Shown here in pieces: positions 37,836 through 45,970 of a DNA stretch of 64,000 nt; position 1 is the stretch's first letter; every line of letters begins with the position of its first letter. The notes beneath the pieces are model-generated. The model was not told the DNA's origin, did no database searches, and saw only the letters and a list, made by a program, of their open reading frames with translations. Source of the stretch: an uncultured Candidatus Saccharibacteria bacterium (GTDB taxonomy: Bacteria; Patescibacteriota; Saccharimonadia; UBA4664; CAZJNH01); contig CAYZIN010000001.1 of NCBI GenBank assembly GCA_964478595.1, positions 4,294-68,293 on the forward strand, written 5' to 3'. A program made the position numbers and the translations under genes.

Positions 37836-38489
37836 ATCAGGACGAAACTTTTTGGTCTTTTCGACAGACTGATCGTAGCGCCATTTTTTGATTTCGGCGT
37901 GATTGCCGCTTTTTAGTACTTCGGGAACTTTCATCTCCCTAAAGTCGTCCGGTTTTGTGTATTGCGGATATTCGAGCAGACCTTCACTAAAAGATTCTTC
38001 GTCGGCCGATTTTTCCCCGCCCAATACGCCAGGGATCAAACGGACAACCGAATCCACCACCGCCATAGCGGGAATTTCTCCGCCGGTCATAACGAAATCG
38101 CCAACCGACAACTGCAAATCAGCCAACCCGTAGCACCTTTCGTCAAAGCCTTCGTAATGTCCACAGACTAAAATCAGATGGTCGGTTTTAGCCAGTTTCT
38201 GAGCTAAGGCTTGATCGTATTTTTCTCCGGCAGGCGTTAGGAAAATAACCTTTGACTCACGCGCCTTCAGCTTCTCGACGGCCGCAAAAATCGGCTCCGG
38301 CCTCAAAACCATTCCATCCCCTCCACCGTAAGGCGTGTCGTCAACGGTTCGGCGCGGTCCAATACCAAATCCTCGTAAATCGTGAATTCTAATTTCAGCC
38401 AAGTTATTATCCTGGGCTTTTTTAAGCATGCTGGTCGCAAACGGACCTTCGAACATACTCGGAAATAATGTAATGATGTCTATCTTCAT
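37824..38489 (-). CDS. trmD: tRNA (guanine37-N1)-methyltransferase
   Basis: MKIDIITLFPSMFEGPF... SPOUT-class TrmD; start moved to ATG 38489 (the track start is a TTG 12 nt upstream). Confidence 0.85.
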   Translation of the reverse strand: MKIDIITLFPSMFEGPFATSMLKKAQDNNLAEIRIHDLRGFGIGPRRTVDDTPYGGGDGMVLRPEPIFAAVEKLKARESKVIFLTPAGEKYDQALAQKLAKTDHLILVCGHYEGFDERCYGLADLQLSVGDFVMTGGEIPAMAVVDSVVRLIPGVLGGEKSADEESFSEGLLEYPQYTKPDDFREMKVPEVLKSGNHAEIKKWRYDQSVEKTKKFRPDLLQ

Positions 38490-38514
38490 GGTTTTAAACA
38501 AAAAGGGTCACCTA

Positions 38515-38547
38515 AGCGGTTTGGGCTGTGGTGACCCTAAATGCATT
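38515..38547 (-). terminator. hairpin (possible attenuator/terminator) between KH-protein gene and trmD
   Basis: GGGTCACC - 17 nt loop - GGTGACCC with flanking A/T runs on both strands. Confidence 0.45.
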
Positions 38548-38553
38548 TTTTGA

Positions 38554-38961
38554 TTAAATTTCTAGGTCGGCTATTTCTTTTAATTCAGCTTCGGTTTTGG
38601 CCCGAATATCTGAAGTGGTTTCCTCGGTGGGAGTCGGCTCAGATTCCTCAGGCCTTTCGACCTCAGCTTCGGCCGGTTCCTCGGAGGATTCGGCCCTAAC
38701 GTGTTCGCTGCCTTCAGGCTCAATGATTTTGAGATTTACCTTGGCGTCGTTTTTGGCGCCGAGAACTCTTAGCAATGTGCGCAAACTTTTAGCGGTTGCA
38801 CCAGCTTTGCCAATAATTTTGCCCATATCAGCGGGGTCAACCGTAAGTTCCAGTAAAACTCCTCGGTCATCCACGCTGCGTTCGACCTTTACCGCGTCAG
38901 GGTTGGAGACCAACGCCTGAACCACGTACTCGACAAACTCTTTGTCAACTTCTGCTGCCAT
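38554..38961 (-). CDS. KH-domain RNA-binding protein (YlqC/UPF0109-like) with acidic C-terminal tail
   Basis: 135 aa; KIIGKAGATAKSL (GxxG KH loop); conserved position between rpsP and trmD. Confidence 0.75.
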   Translation of the reverse strand: MAAEVDKEFVEYVVQALVSNPDAVKVERSVDDRGVLLELTVDPADMGKIIGKAGATAKSLRTLLRVLGAKNDAKVNLKIIEPEGSEHVRAESSEEPAEAEVERPEESEPTPTEETTSDIRAKTEAELKEIADLEI

Positions 38962-39027
38962 AGTTTCCTCTTTCGGTTAGAGCTCCGCTTATCGCGGATA
39001 ATTAAATAATACTCTATTTTTGCAAGC

Positions 39028-39561
39028 TTACTCGGCCGGTTTTTCGGGCTCGGGAGTTTGAACTGCAGCCTCAGCGGCTACTTCTTCGGCTTTTTCGGCA
39101 GCCTGCTCTTGTTTTTGATCGACTTCGGCGGTCTCCGTCACGTTCTTGTCTTCTACGTTTTCAGCCACTTGCGCTACTTGTTCGGCGGCAGCTTCGGCGC
39201 CGACTGCGGCTGGTTGTTCAGTATCGGCCGGTTTTTCGGCTTCTGGGGCCTCGCTAGCTGCCGTAGCCTCAGGCTTTGCTTCTTTCTTGGCTGGTTTGTT
39301 CTTCGAGTGATAACTTGCCCATTTCGGCATGCTGACTTTCTCTTTTTCCAGCAAGCGTATAACCGAGTTCGATGGCTGAGCGCCGTTTTTCAAAAATTGC
39401 TCGGTTTCGTCTTTTTTAACCACAAATTCTTTGGTATGCGGATTGTAGTGGCCCAAAATCGACACAAATTTACCGGTGGCTGCCTTTTGCTTTTCGGCGG
39501 CTACCAGTCGGTAAGTCGGATACTTTTTTCGCCCGGTCCGGGCCAAACGGATAACTAACAT
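39028..39561 (-). CDS. rpsP: 30S ribosomal protein S16 with long Ala/Glu/Lys-rich C-terminal extension
   Basis: MLVIRLARTGRKKYPTYRLVAAEKQKA...GHYNPHTK core S16, then about 95-aa low-complexity tail. Confidence 0.85.
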   Translation of the reverse strand: MLVIRLARTGRKKYPTYRLVAAEKQKAATGKFVSILGHYNPHTKEFVVKKDETEQFLKNGAQPSNSVIRLLEKEKVSMPKWASYHSKNKPAKKEAKPEATAASEAPEAEKPADTEQPAAVGAEAAAEQVAQVAENVEDKNVTETAEVDQKQEQAAEKAEEVAAEAAVQTPEPEKPAE

Positions 39562-39613
39562 ACGAACGATAATTTTAGGCTACATCTGGAGATTCGTCAA
39601 TCTGTTAAAAGGA

Positions 39614-39645
39614 AGCGCTCCCCCTGTAGCGAAACAGGAGGAGCG
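39614..39645 (-). terminator. strong hairpin downstream of the GC-rich hydrolase gene
   Basis: GCGCTCCCCCTGT agcgaa ACAGGAGGAGCGC (13-bp stem, 1 mismatch); on the minus strand it is followed by CTTTT. Confidence 0.5.
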
Positions 39646-39692
39646 CAGTGTGGCAGGCCAGGAGGCCGCCGATAGAAGTGCGGGGTAAGTAC

Positions 39693-40469
39693 TTAAGCGG
39701 CAAGCCGTCGGGATTTCTCCAACGCGATGTCGCTGACCTTATGGCCGAACATCGTCGTCATGTGCCCAGTTGCTCCGGCGCGGACGAACACAACCTCGGG
39801 CGGAAGTCCAGGCGGTCGGAAGAGATGACCCAGGAAGTACTTGATCGATCTCTCCAGGGAGATGCACGACCGTCTTGGTCGCGCGACCCGTTCGCCGATA
39901 CCGGTGGTCTGCCGTAGATCGACCAACTCTGGCCAGCTGGTGGCAACGTCCAGACGGAGCTGACGGATGTCGTCGCCGACGAAGGCGATGTCGTGCAGTC
40001 CGGGGGCGAATTCGGCCAGCAATTGCTCGACCCTTTCCAGGCTGAGCTGCCAGACGAATGAGACCATCTTGGATGCGTCGCGCCGCAGGACGAAGGCCAT
40101 CGTCGCCGCCAGCCAGTTGCGAAGCCAGCGGCCAACATCGGAGTCGGTTATATCAACCCCGTTGGTGGGCGAGTGCCATGTAACAACTCGCTTGACCTTA
40201 TCCGGCCGGCTCATCCCGTAACGGGCTGCGTAAGCCCCACCATAGGAGTGGCCGACGATGATGGCGGGCGCGTTAGCTTTCTCGAGCTTCGCGTCGATCT
40301 CGGCTTCGATCTCCGGGTAGGTGTCCTTCATCGAGCGCAAGGCCAGGTGAGGGATGTTGACGTAGTCGGAGTGGGCCAACCAACACTGCAAGGCGTAAGC
40401 CGCCCGGCCGATACCTTTGCCGGGGACTATGCTACCCCCGATGTCTATGACTGGGTTTTGCGGGTCCAT
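39693..40469 (-). CDS. alpha/beta hydrolase (esterase/lipase-like), GC-rich, likely horizontally acquired
   Basis: 258 aa; VGHSYGGAYAARYG nucleophile elbow; about 62% GC against about 49% in flanking housekeeping genes. Confidence 0.65.
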   Translation of the reverse strand: MDPQNPVIDIGGSIVPGKGIGRAAYALQCWLAHSDYVNIPHLALRSMKDTYPEIEAEIDAKLEKANAPAIIVGHSYGGAYAARYGMSRPDKVKRVVTWHSPTNGVDITDSDVGRWLRNWLAATMAFVLRRDASKMVSFVWQLSLERVEQLLAEFAPGLHDIAFVGDDIRQLRLDVATSWPELVDLRQTTGIGERVARPRRSCISLERSIKYFLGHLFRPPGLPPEVVFVRAGATGHMTTMFGHKVSDIALEKSRRLAA

Positions 40470-40591
40470 TCCCCATTTCCCCTTAGGAATGAGCTGCTTC
40501 AGTTAGCAATAACTTCTGCTAGTCACCGGTATAGCATAACTACGATGAATTAGCAATTACTTAGTTCAGTTTTTGGAATATTGCACAAAAA

Positions 40592-41281
40592 CTACTTGTA
40601 GTTCTTTAGGGCATCGGCGGCGGCGGCGAGTTGAGCGACCTGTTTGCTCGAGCCTTTGCCTTTACCCAATAGCCGACCGGTCAAATAGACGCCAACTTCG
40701 AACGTTTTGTCGTGATCGGGACCAGATTCTTTGATGACCCTATAGCTTGGAGTCACGCCTTCTTTGTCCTGCGCCATTTCCTGAAACTTACTTTTCGGAT
40801 CCAGGTAGCTCCCTTCTTCCAGAATTTCCGGAAGTTTGGCGATTATATGGTCGTGGATAAATTTCGAGGCAGCGTCGTAACCTTGATCCAAATAAATCGC
40901 TCCGATAATCGCCTCAATGCAATTTGCCGAAATCAGCGCGCGGCTGCGGTCGTTGCCCTTTGATTCACCTCGGGATAGCTTCAAATAATCACTGACTCCC
41001 AATTTAGCCGCTACGTCACTTAAAGATTCGGTTTTAACCAAGGCGCTGCGATAGTTGGTGAGTTCGCCCTCGGGATTCGCAAAGTGTTTATATAAATAAT
41101 CGGTAACGACCAGCTCCAAAACGGCGTCGCCTAAAAATTCCAGCCGTTCGTTGTGCTCGAGTCCCGATTTGGGATGCTCGTTAAGGTAGGAGCGGTGAAT
41201 AAAGGCGCGCTCTAGCAGCTCGATTTCCTTAAATTTGAAACCCGACTTTTTTTGAAAATCAGCAGCCGTTGGTTTATCCAT
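40592..41281 (-). CDS. rnc: ribonuclease III
   Basis: 229 aa; ERLEFLGDAVLELVV RNase III signature and C-terminal dsRBD. Confidence 0.9.
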   Translation of the reverse strand: MDKPTAADFQKKSGFKFKEIELLERAFIHRSYLNEHPKSGLEHNERLEFLGDAVLELVVTDYLYKHFANPEGELTNYRSALVKTESLSDVAAKLGVSDYLKLSRGESKGNDRSRALISANCIEAIIGAIYLDQGYDAASKFIHDHIIAKLPEILEEGSYLDPKSKFQEMAQDKEGVTPSYRVIKESGPDHDKTFEVGVYLTGRLLGKGKGSSKQVAQLAAAADALKNYK

Positions 41282-41798
41282 TTGTGGCTCCGGTTCTGGT
41301 CGCTGCTTTCTTTTCTTGCCGTTTGGCCAATTTTTCCAAGCCCATCCGAAATAGCCGCTCGGTGTCCTTATATTCGATTAACTTCAATGCCTCTTCAGCG
41401 CTAAACCATTTGGCGTCGATAATCCATTCATCCACTTCTGGGAAAACTTTGTCGCTGCGGCCAACGGCCTCCATGAGGAAAACGTAGGTCGTCATCAATA
41501 TTAACTTGCCGTCGCGGCGATAAAAAAAGTGGATTTTATCTAACTTGTCGCGAATTTTTACCCTGCGCAGCCCGGTTTCTTCCCCGACTTCGCGGATAGC
41601 GGTTTGCTGCAAACTTTCGCCTTCCTCAACGTGGCCCTTAGGAATCGTCCAGCGTTTCAGGTGATCTTGGATCATCAAAATCTGCAACTGTCCACGACGA
41701 TAGCGATACACCATTCCGCCGGCGGTATATTCCTTGACGGCTTTAGCCCCCGCTTTAGGCTTTTTCTTGGTCTTTGGTTTTATCTGTTTCTGGTTCAT
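41274..41798 (-). CDS. Nudix hydrolase
   Basis: Nudix box GHVEEGESLQQTAIREVGEETGL; start placed at ATG 41798 (MNQKQIKPK...), overlapping the nusB 3' end by 44 nt in a different frame. The longer track ORF start would overlap nusB by 125 nt. Confidence 0.75.
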   Translation of the reverse strand: MNQKQIKPKTKKKPKAGAKAVKEYTAGGMVYRYRRGQLQILMIQDHLKRWTIPKGHVEEGESLQQTAIREVGEETGLRRVKIRDKLDKIHFFYRRDGKLILMTTYVFLMEAVGRSDKVFPEVDEWIIDAKWFSAEEALKLIEYKDTERLFRMGLEKLAKRQEKKAATRTGATNG

Positions 41799-42222
41799 AA
41801 AAATCACTGTTGCGATAAATCGTACCCAATACTCCGTTAACAAACTTAGAAGAGTTTTCGCCGCCAAATGCCTTGGCAAGCTCGACTGCCTCGTTAATTG
41901 CTACTTTGGGTGGAACATCCTTTTTAATCATTAACTCGTAAATCCCAATGCGCAGAATAATTTTGTCGACTTTGGCAATCTGTTCAATCGGCCATTCTGG
42001 CGCAACCGGTGTAATCATATCGTCGATTTTTTTCTGGTTTTTCGTTACACCGTCGACTAGATCGTTTACAAAATCCTTGTCGTCGATTGAGTCGGAAAAC
42101 TCGCCAATGTTGCGCTTTAAAACGTCCGGCAAATTAACATCAAGTCCGGCCGACTCCTTAAAGTCTTCCTCGTAAAGAGTCTGCATCGCCACGATCCGCC
42201 CAAGGTGCCTATTGCTAGCCAC
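41755..42222 (-). CDS. nusB: transcription antitermination factor NusB
   Basis: 155 aa; GTG start; RIVAMQTLYEEDF... NusB fold signature. Confidence 0.8.
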   Translation of the reverse strand: MASNRHLGRIVAMQTLYEEDFKESAGLDVNLPDVLKRNIGEFSDSIDDKDFVNDLVDGVTKNQKKIDDMITPVAPEWPIEQIAKVDKIILRIGIYELMIKKDVPPKVAINEAVELAKAFGGENSSKFVNGVLGTIYRNSDFYEPETDKTKDQEKA

Positions 42223-42401
42223 TATTTACTCGCTTGGGTAACCTTGGCGCCGCGATAGGTACCGCAACTTCGGCAAACCTGGTGGGGTCGACCGAGTGCG
42301 CCACAATTCGGGCACTTAGTTAAAGTTGGCGCGGCCAAAGCGTCATGACTCCGTCGTTGTCCTCGGGCGGAGCGAGTACCGCGCTTTTTTGGTACTGGCA
42401 T
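42222..42401 (-). CDS. rpmF: 50S ribosomal protein L32 (bL32)
   Basis: Found by manual translation (59 aa, below ORF-track cutoff): MPVPKKRGTRSARGQRRSHDALAAPTLTKCPNCGALGRPHQVCRSCGTYRGAKVTQASK, with GGAAAGGA RBS; its TAG stop overlaps the nusB GTG start (TAGTG). Confidence 0.85.
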   Translation of the reverse strand: MPVPKKRGTRSARGQRRSHDALAAPTLTKCPNCGALGRPHQVCRSCGTYRGAKVTQASK

Positions 42402-42491
42402 TTATTTCCTTTCCGTTTTTGACTTGTCTGGCGAGAACCAGACTACGTCCCTGACGTTCGGGCAAATTCTACCATCTTTTGTGTCTGTAGT

Positions 42492-45371
42492 CTACTTGGT
42501 GACGAAGTTGATCAGTTTGCGGGGAACCACTACAGTGCGGACGATTTCTTGGCCTTCCAGTTGTCGGCTGATTTCTTTTTTAGCCAGCTCGGTGGTCTCA
42601 GCTTCGGTCGAGTCGAGAGTAATAGTAATCGTGGCCCGGAGTTTGCCATTAACTTGGATTGGGATTTCAACCAGGTCCTCTTTAATGAGTTTTTCATGGT
42701 ATTTCGGCCAGCCCTGGAGGTGAATCGATTCCTTTTCGCCCAAAGCCTTCCACAACTCTTCGGTTACGAATGGGGCAAACGGCGCTAGAAGTTTGAGCAG
42801 GGCGTTGATGGCCTCTCTCCAGGATTCGCCGCCAAGCGGAAGATCGGGTTTGAGTTTATACATTCCATTGACGAATTCCATAAGGGCGGCGACGGCAGTA
42901 TTAAAAGCAAAACTGCTGATGTCACTGGTGACTTTTTTGATAGTTTTGTTGGTTAGCGACGCCAAAGCCGTTTCCAGTTCGGCATTGGGTTGGAATTCTG
43001 TTGATTCAGTGAATTCCTCGACTAATCGCCAAACGCGGCGAATAAAGCGGTCGGTGCCAGCCAGCCCATTTTCTTGCCAGTTGGTTTCTTCGTTGTAGGG
43101 CGCGATAAACATTTCAAATAATCGCAGCGCGTCGGCGCCGTAACCCTGGTCGATTACTGCTTCTGGAGTAATCACATTTCCGGAGGATTTACTCATTTTG
43201 CGCCCGTCAGAGGCCAAAATCATGCCCTGGTTACGCAGCGTTAAAAACGGTTCGTCGAAGTCGATAATATTGGCGTCCTTCATGACCTTAGTCCAAAACC
43301 GGGCATACAATAGATGTAGTACCGCGTGTTCGGCGCCGCCAATGTAGGTATCAACCGGCAGCCAGTAACGAACCTTTTCAATATCGAATGCCTTTTTGTC
43401 GTTGTGCGGATCAGCAAAGCGGAGGAAATACCAGCTCGAGCAGGCAAAACCATCCATAGTGTCGGTTTCGCGTTCGGCCGGGCCGCCGCATTTCGGGCAA
43501 GTGGTTTTAACGAACGATTCAACTCGAGCAAGTGGCGACTTGCCATCTCCGGCCGGTTCGTAGGATTTAATCTCCGGCAACATCACCGGCAATTGATCTT
43601 CCGGAACCGCAACGGCTCCATCTTTTTCACAATGAATAATCGGCATGGGGGCACCCCAATACCGCTGTCGGCTGATTAACCAATCCCTCAAACGATAATT
43701 GGTAGTCGCCTCGGCCCTACCTTCTTTATGAAGATCTTCGGTAATAGCGTGTTTAGCTTCGTCTCCGGCTAAATCGGCATACTTGCCCGAGTGAACTAGG
43801 GGGCCTTCGCCGGTGTAAACTTGGCCGTGAATAAATTTGTCGTAACCATAGCGGTGCAGCGGCTCGGTGATTTCGCGTTCTGCGGTTTCGCGGTTGACCC
43901 ACTCGACCTTAAAATTACCGTGTTCGTAATCGTCCAGCTTCTGAGCTTTCTGGATATTACTTTTCAATTTTAGGCGGACAAAGTTAACCGCTGCCTCGCA
44001 AGCCTGCTGCTTTGAGAACGCGTAGTATTTGTAGTGAACCGTCTCGGCACCAACCTCATCCACCTCCAGGTCGTGATAGCCAGTTTCCTCTTCTATTTCA
44101 CGCAAAGCCGTATCAACCGGCGATTCACTGCCTTCAATTGTGCCGCCGATAGTAAGCCGGCCTCCAAGTTTTGGTCCCCAGTTGATCGTTAAAATCTCAC
44201 CCTCATCATTTTCGACTAACGCCACGATCTTTCGTTTTTTCTTGAACTGGGTCATATCTTTGGCGTCATCGCGCACTAATACCGGATCAACGACGTGTTT
44301 AATCGGCAAGTCGAACTTTTTAGCAAAGTCGAAGTCGCGCTGGTCGTGAGCCGGAACGGCCATAATGGCGCCGGTGCCGTAACCCATCAGCACATAATCG
44401 GCTACCCAAATCGGAATTTCGTCATTATTTAGCGGATTTATGGCGTACGAGCCGGTGAAAACCCCAGTTTTTGGCTTGTCGGTATCCATCCGGTCGATTT
44501 CCGATTCGGTTTTAGCTTTTTCGACGTATTTTTTAACCTCGCGGACCTGTTTTTCGGTCGTCAATTTTTCGACGAGTGGATGTTCGGGTGCCAAAACAAT
44601 AAACGTCGCACCACCCAACGTGTCGACTCTGGTCGTAAAGGTTTCGATAATTTCATCGCGGCCCTTAACATCGAACTTCAACTTCACACCAAAGCTGCGG
44701 CCGATCCAGTTTTTTTGCTGAGCTTTAATGCCTTCCGGCCAGTCTAGTCCGTTGAGATCGTCGATCAACCGATCGGCATAGTCGGTGATTTTGAAGAACC
44801 ATTGCTTGAGTGTCTTTTTGGTGACTTCGTGGCCGCAGCGCCAACACTTGCCGTCAATAACTTGCTCGTTGGCCAGTACCGTTTTGTCGTTGGGGCACCA
44901 CCACTGCTCACTCTCTTTTTGATAAGCCAGGCCCCTCTCAAACAACAGCAAAAAGAACCACTGCGTCCATTTGTAATATTTCGGATCGGTAGAATCGACC
45001 TCGCGGCTCCAGTCGTAGGAAAAGCCCATCCCCTGCATCTGTTTTTTGTAGTTAGCCTTATTCTCATCGGTAGCCTGACGGGGTGAGATTTTTTGTTTGA
45101 TGGCATAATTTTCGGCCGGCAAACCAAAGCCGTCCCAACCCATTGGGTGCAAAACGTTATCGCCCATCATCCGCCTGAACCGAGGATAAACGTCACTGAT
45201 CGTGTAATTGCGGACGTGTCCTACGCTCAACCCGGCGCCAGAGGGATACGGAAAATAATCTAATATATAGGACTTAGGCTTACTCGAATCGTCGTCGGTA
45301 GAGTACAGATGAGCGTCAGCCCAGATTTTTTGCCACTTCGGCTCAATTTTGTGCGGTTCGTATTTATTCAT
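42492..45371 (-). CDS. leuS: leucine--tRNA ligase carrying an inserted Nudix hydrolase domain
   Basis: 959 aa; HVRNYTISDV (HIGH-region), editing-domain TTRVDT and HDQRD motifs, NYRLRDW...RQRYWG, KMSKS; plus a canonical Nudix box G-x5-E-x7-REIEEETGY at residues 410-432 within an approx. 135-aa insertion absent from E. coli LeuS. Confidence 0.9.
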   Translation of the reverse strand: MNKYEPHKIEPKWQKIWADAHLYSTDDDSSKPKSYILDYFPYPSGAGLSVGHVRNYTISDVYPRFRRMMGDNVLHPMGWDGFGLPAENYAIKQKISPRQATDENKANYKKQMQGMGFSYDWSREVDSTDPKYYKWTQWFFLLLFERGLAYQKESEQWWCPNDKTVLANEQVIDGKCWRCGHEVTKKTLKQWFFKITDYADRLIDDLNGLDWPEGIKAQQKNWIGRSFGVKLKFDVKGRDEIIETFTTRVDTLGGATFIVLAPEHPLVEKLTTEKQVREVKKYVEKAKTESEIDRMDTDKPKTGVFTGSYAINPLNNDEIPIWVADYVLMGYGTGAIMAVPAHDQRDFDFAKKFDLPIKHVVDPVLVRDDAKDMTQFKKKRKIVALVENDEGEILTINWGPKLGGRLTIGGTIEGSESPVDTALREIEEETGYHDLEVDEVGAETVHYKYYAFSKQQACEAAVNFVRLKLKSNIQKAQKLDDYEHGNFKVEWVNRETAEREITEPLHRYGYDKFIHGQVYTGEGPLVHSGKYADLAGDEAKHAITEDLHKEGRAEATTNYRLRDWLISRQRYWGAPMPIIHCEKDGAVAVPEDQLPVMLPEIKSYEPAGDGKSPLARVESFVKTTCPKCGGPAERETDTMDGFACSSWYFLRFADPHNDKKAFDIEKVRYWLPVDTYIGGAEHAVLHLLYARFWTKVMKDANIIDFDEPFLTLRNQGMILASDGRKMSKSSGNVITPEAVIDQGYGADALRLFEMFIAPYNEETNWQENGLAGTDRFIRRVWRLVEEFTESTEFQPNAELETALASLTNKTIKKVTSDISSFAFNTAVAALMEFVNGMYKLKPDLPLGGESWREAINALLKLLAPFAPFVTEELWKALGEKESIHLQGWPKYHEKLIKEDLVEIPIQVNGKLRATITITLDSTEAETTELAKKEISRQLEGQEIVRTVVVPRKLINFVTK

Positions 45372-45966
45372 CTTTGGGTAATATTACCGTTCCAGCCCCT
45401 TTCGGACTAATGAATTCCTTTACCCGGGTGGCGTCGAACTGCGTTTTTGGATTACGGGCATCCGGATCTACCACTAAAACCTTGTCGTCCCACCTGACGA
45501 CAATAATGGCGTGAATGATTTTATTGTCGGGCGTACCAAATCCGGGCTTCATGGTCGCGATTACAGGAAAACCAGCTTTAACAATCTCTTCGATCGGTTT
45601 ACCTTCGACGTGCTTCTTAAAGAAATCGATTTCCTTGTCGCTCTCAATGTAGCCGGCTTTGATCATGGCTGGAAAATCGGTCGGGGGGGGCCAGCCAAAC
45701 TGCCAGGAAATGATGGTCGCATCATATTTTTTGCGCAGAAACCTACTTAACGCAGGCCGGCTCCAGTCGACCATGGGATTGCCGGCATCTACGGACAATT
45801 GATTTCGATCGATTGAGCGCATAAATTCGTCCGGCTCCATCGACTCAGACAAGTACCCGTTGGCCTTGAGTAGCATAAACAGGGCGATCGGGGCGCAGCT
45901 GCGGATTGCCAGCTCCGTGCCCAAGCTTGATTCCAGTGATTGAAGAGTGACGCGATCGATTTCCAT
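45364..45966 (-). CDS. hypothetical protein (200 aa), possibly papain-fold/amidase-like
   Basis: ORF with 8-nt overlap to leuS; isolated Cys (IRSCAPIALF) and later His (NKIIHAIIVV) suggest but do not prove a Cys-His hydrolase. Confidence 0.4.
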   Translation of the reverse strand: MEIDRVTLQSLESSLGTELAIRSCAPIALFMLLKANGYLSESMEPDEFMRSIDRNQLSVDAGNPMVDWSRPALSRFLRKKYDATIISWQFGWPPPTDFPAMIKAGYIESDKEIDFFKKHVEGKPIEEIVKAGFPVIATMKPGFGTPDNKIIHAIIVVRWDDKVLVVDPDARNPKTQFDATRVKEFISPKGAGTVILPKDE

Positions 45967-45970
45967 CTGA

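Noticed and set aside
41799-41879. Longer Nudix start (MPRHLAAK...) giving 125-nt overlap with nusB
   Set aside because: The Nudix fold begins near AGGMVYRY. ATG 41798 gives a plausible Lys-rich N-terminus with a shorter overlap.
42549-45127. Multiple 70-120-aa ORFs on both strands within leuS
   Set aside because: They overlap a gene with unambiguous LeuS motifs throughout; no independent signals.
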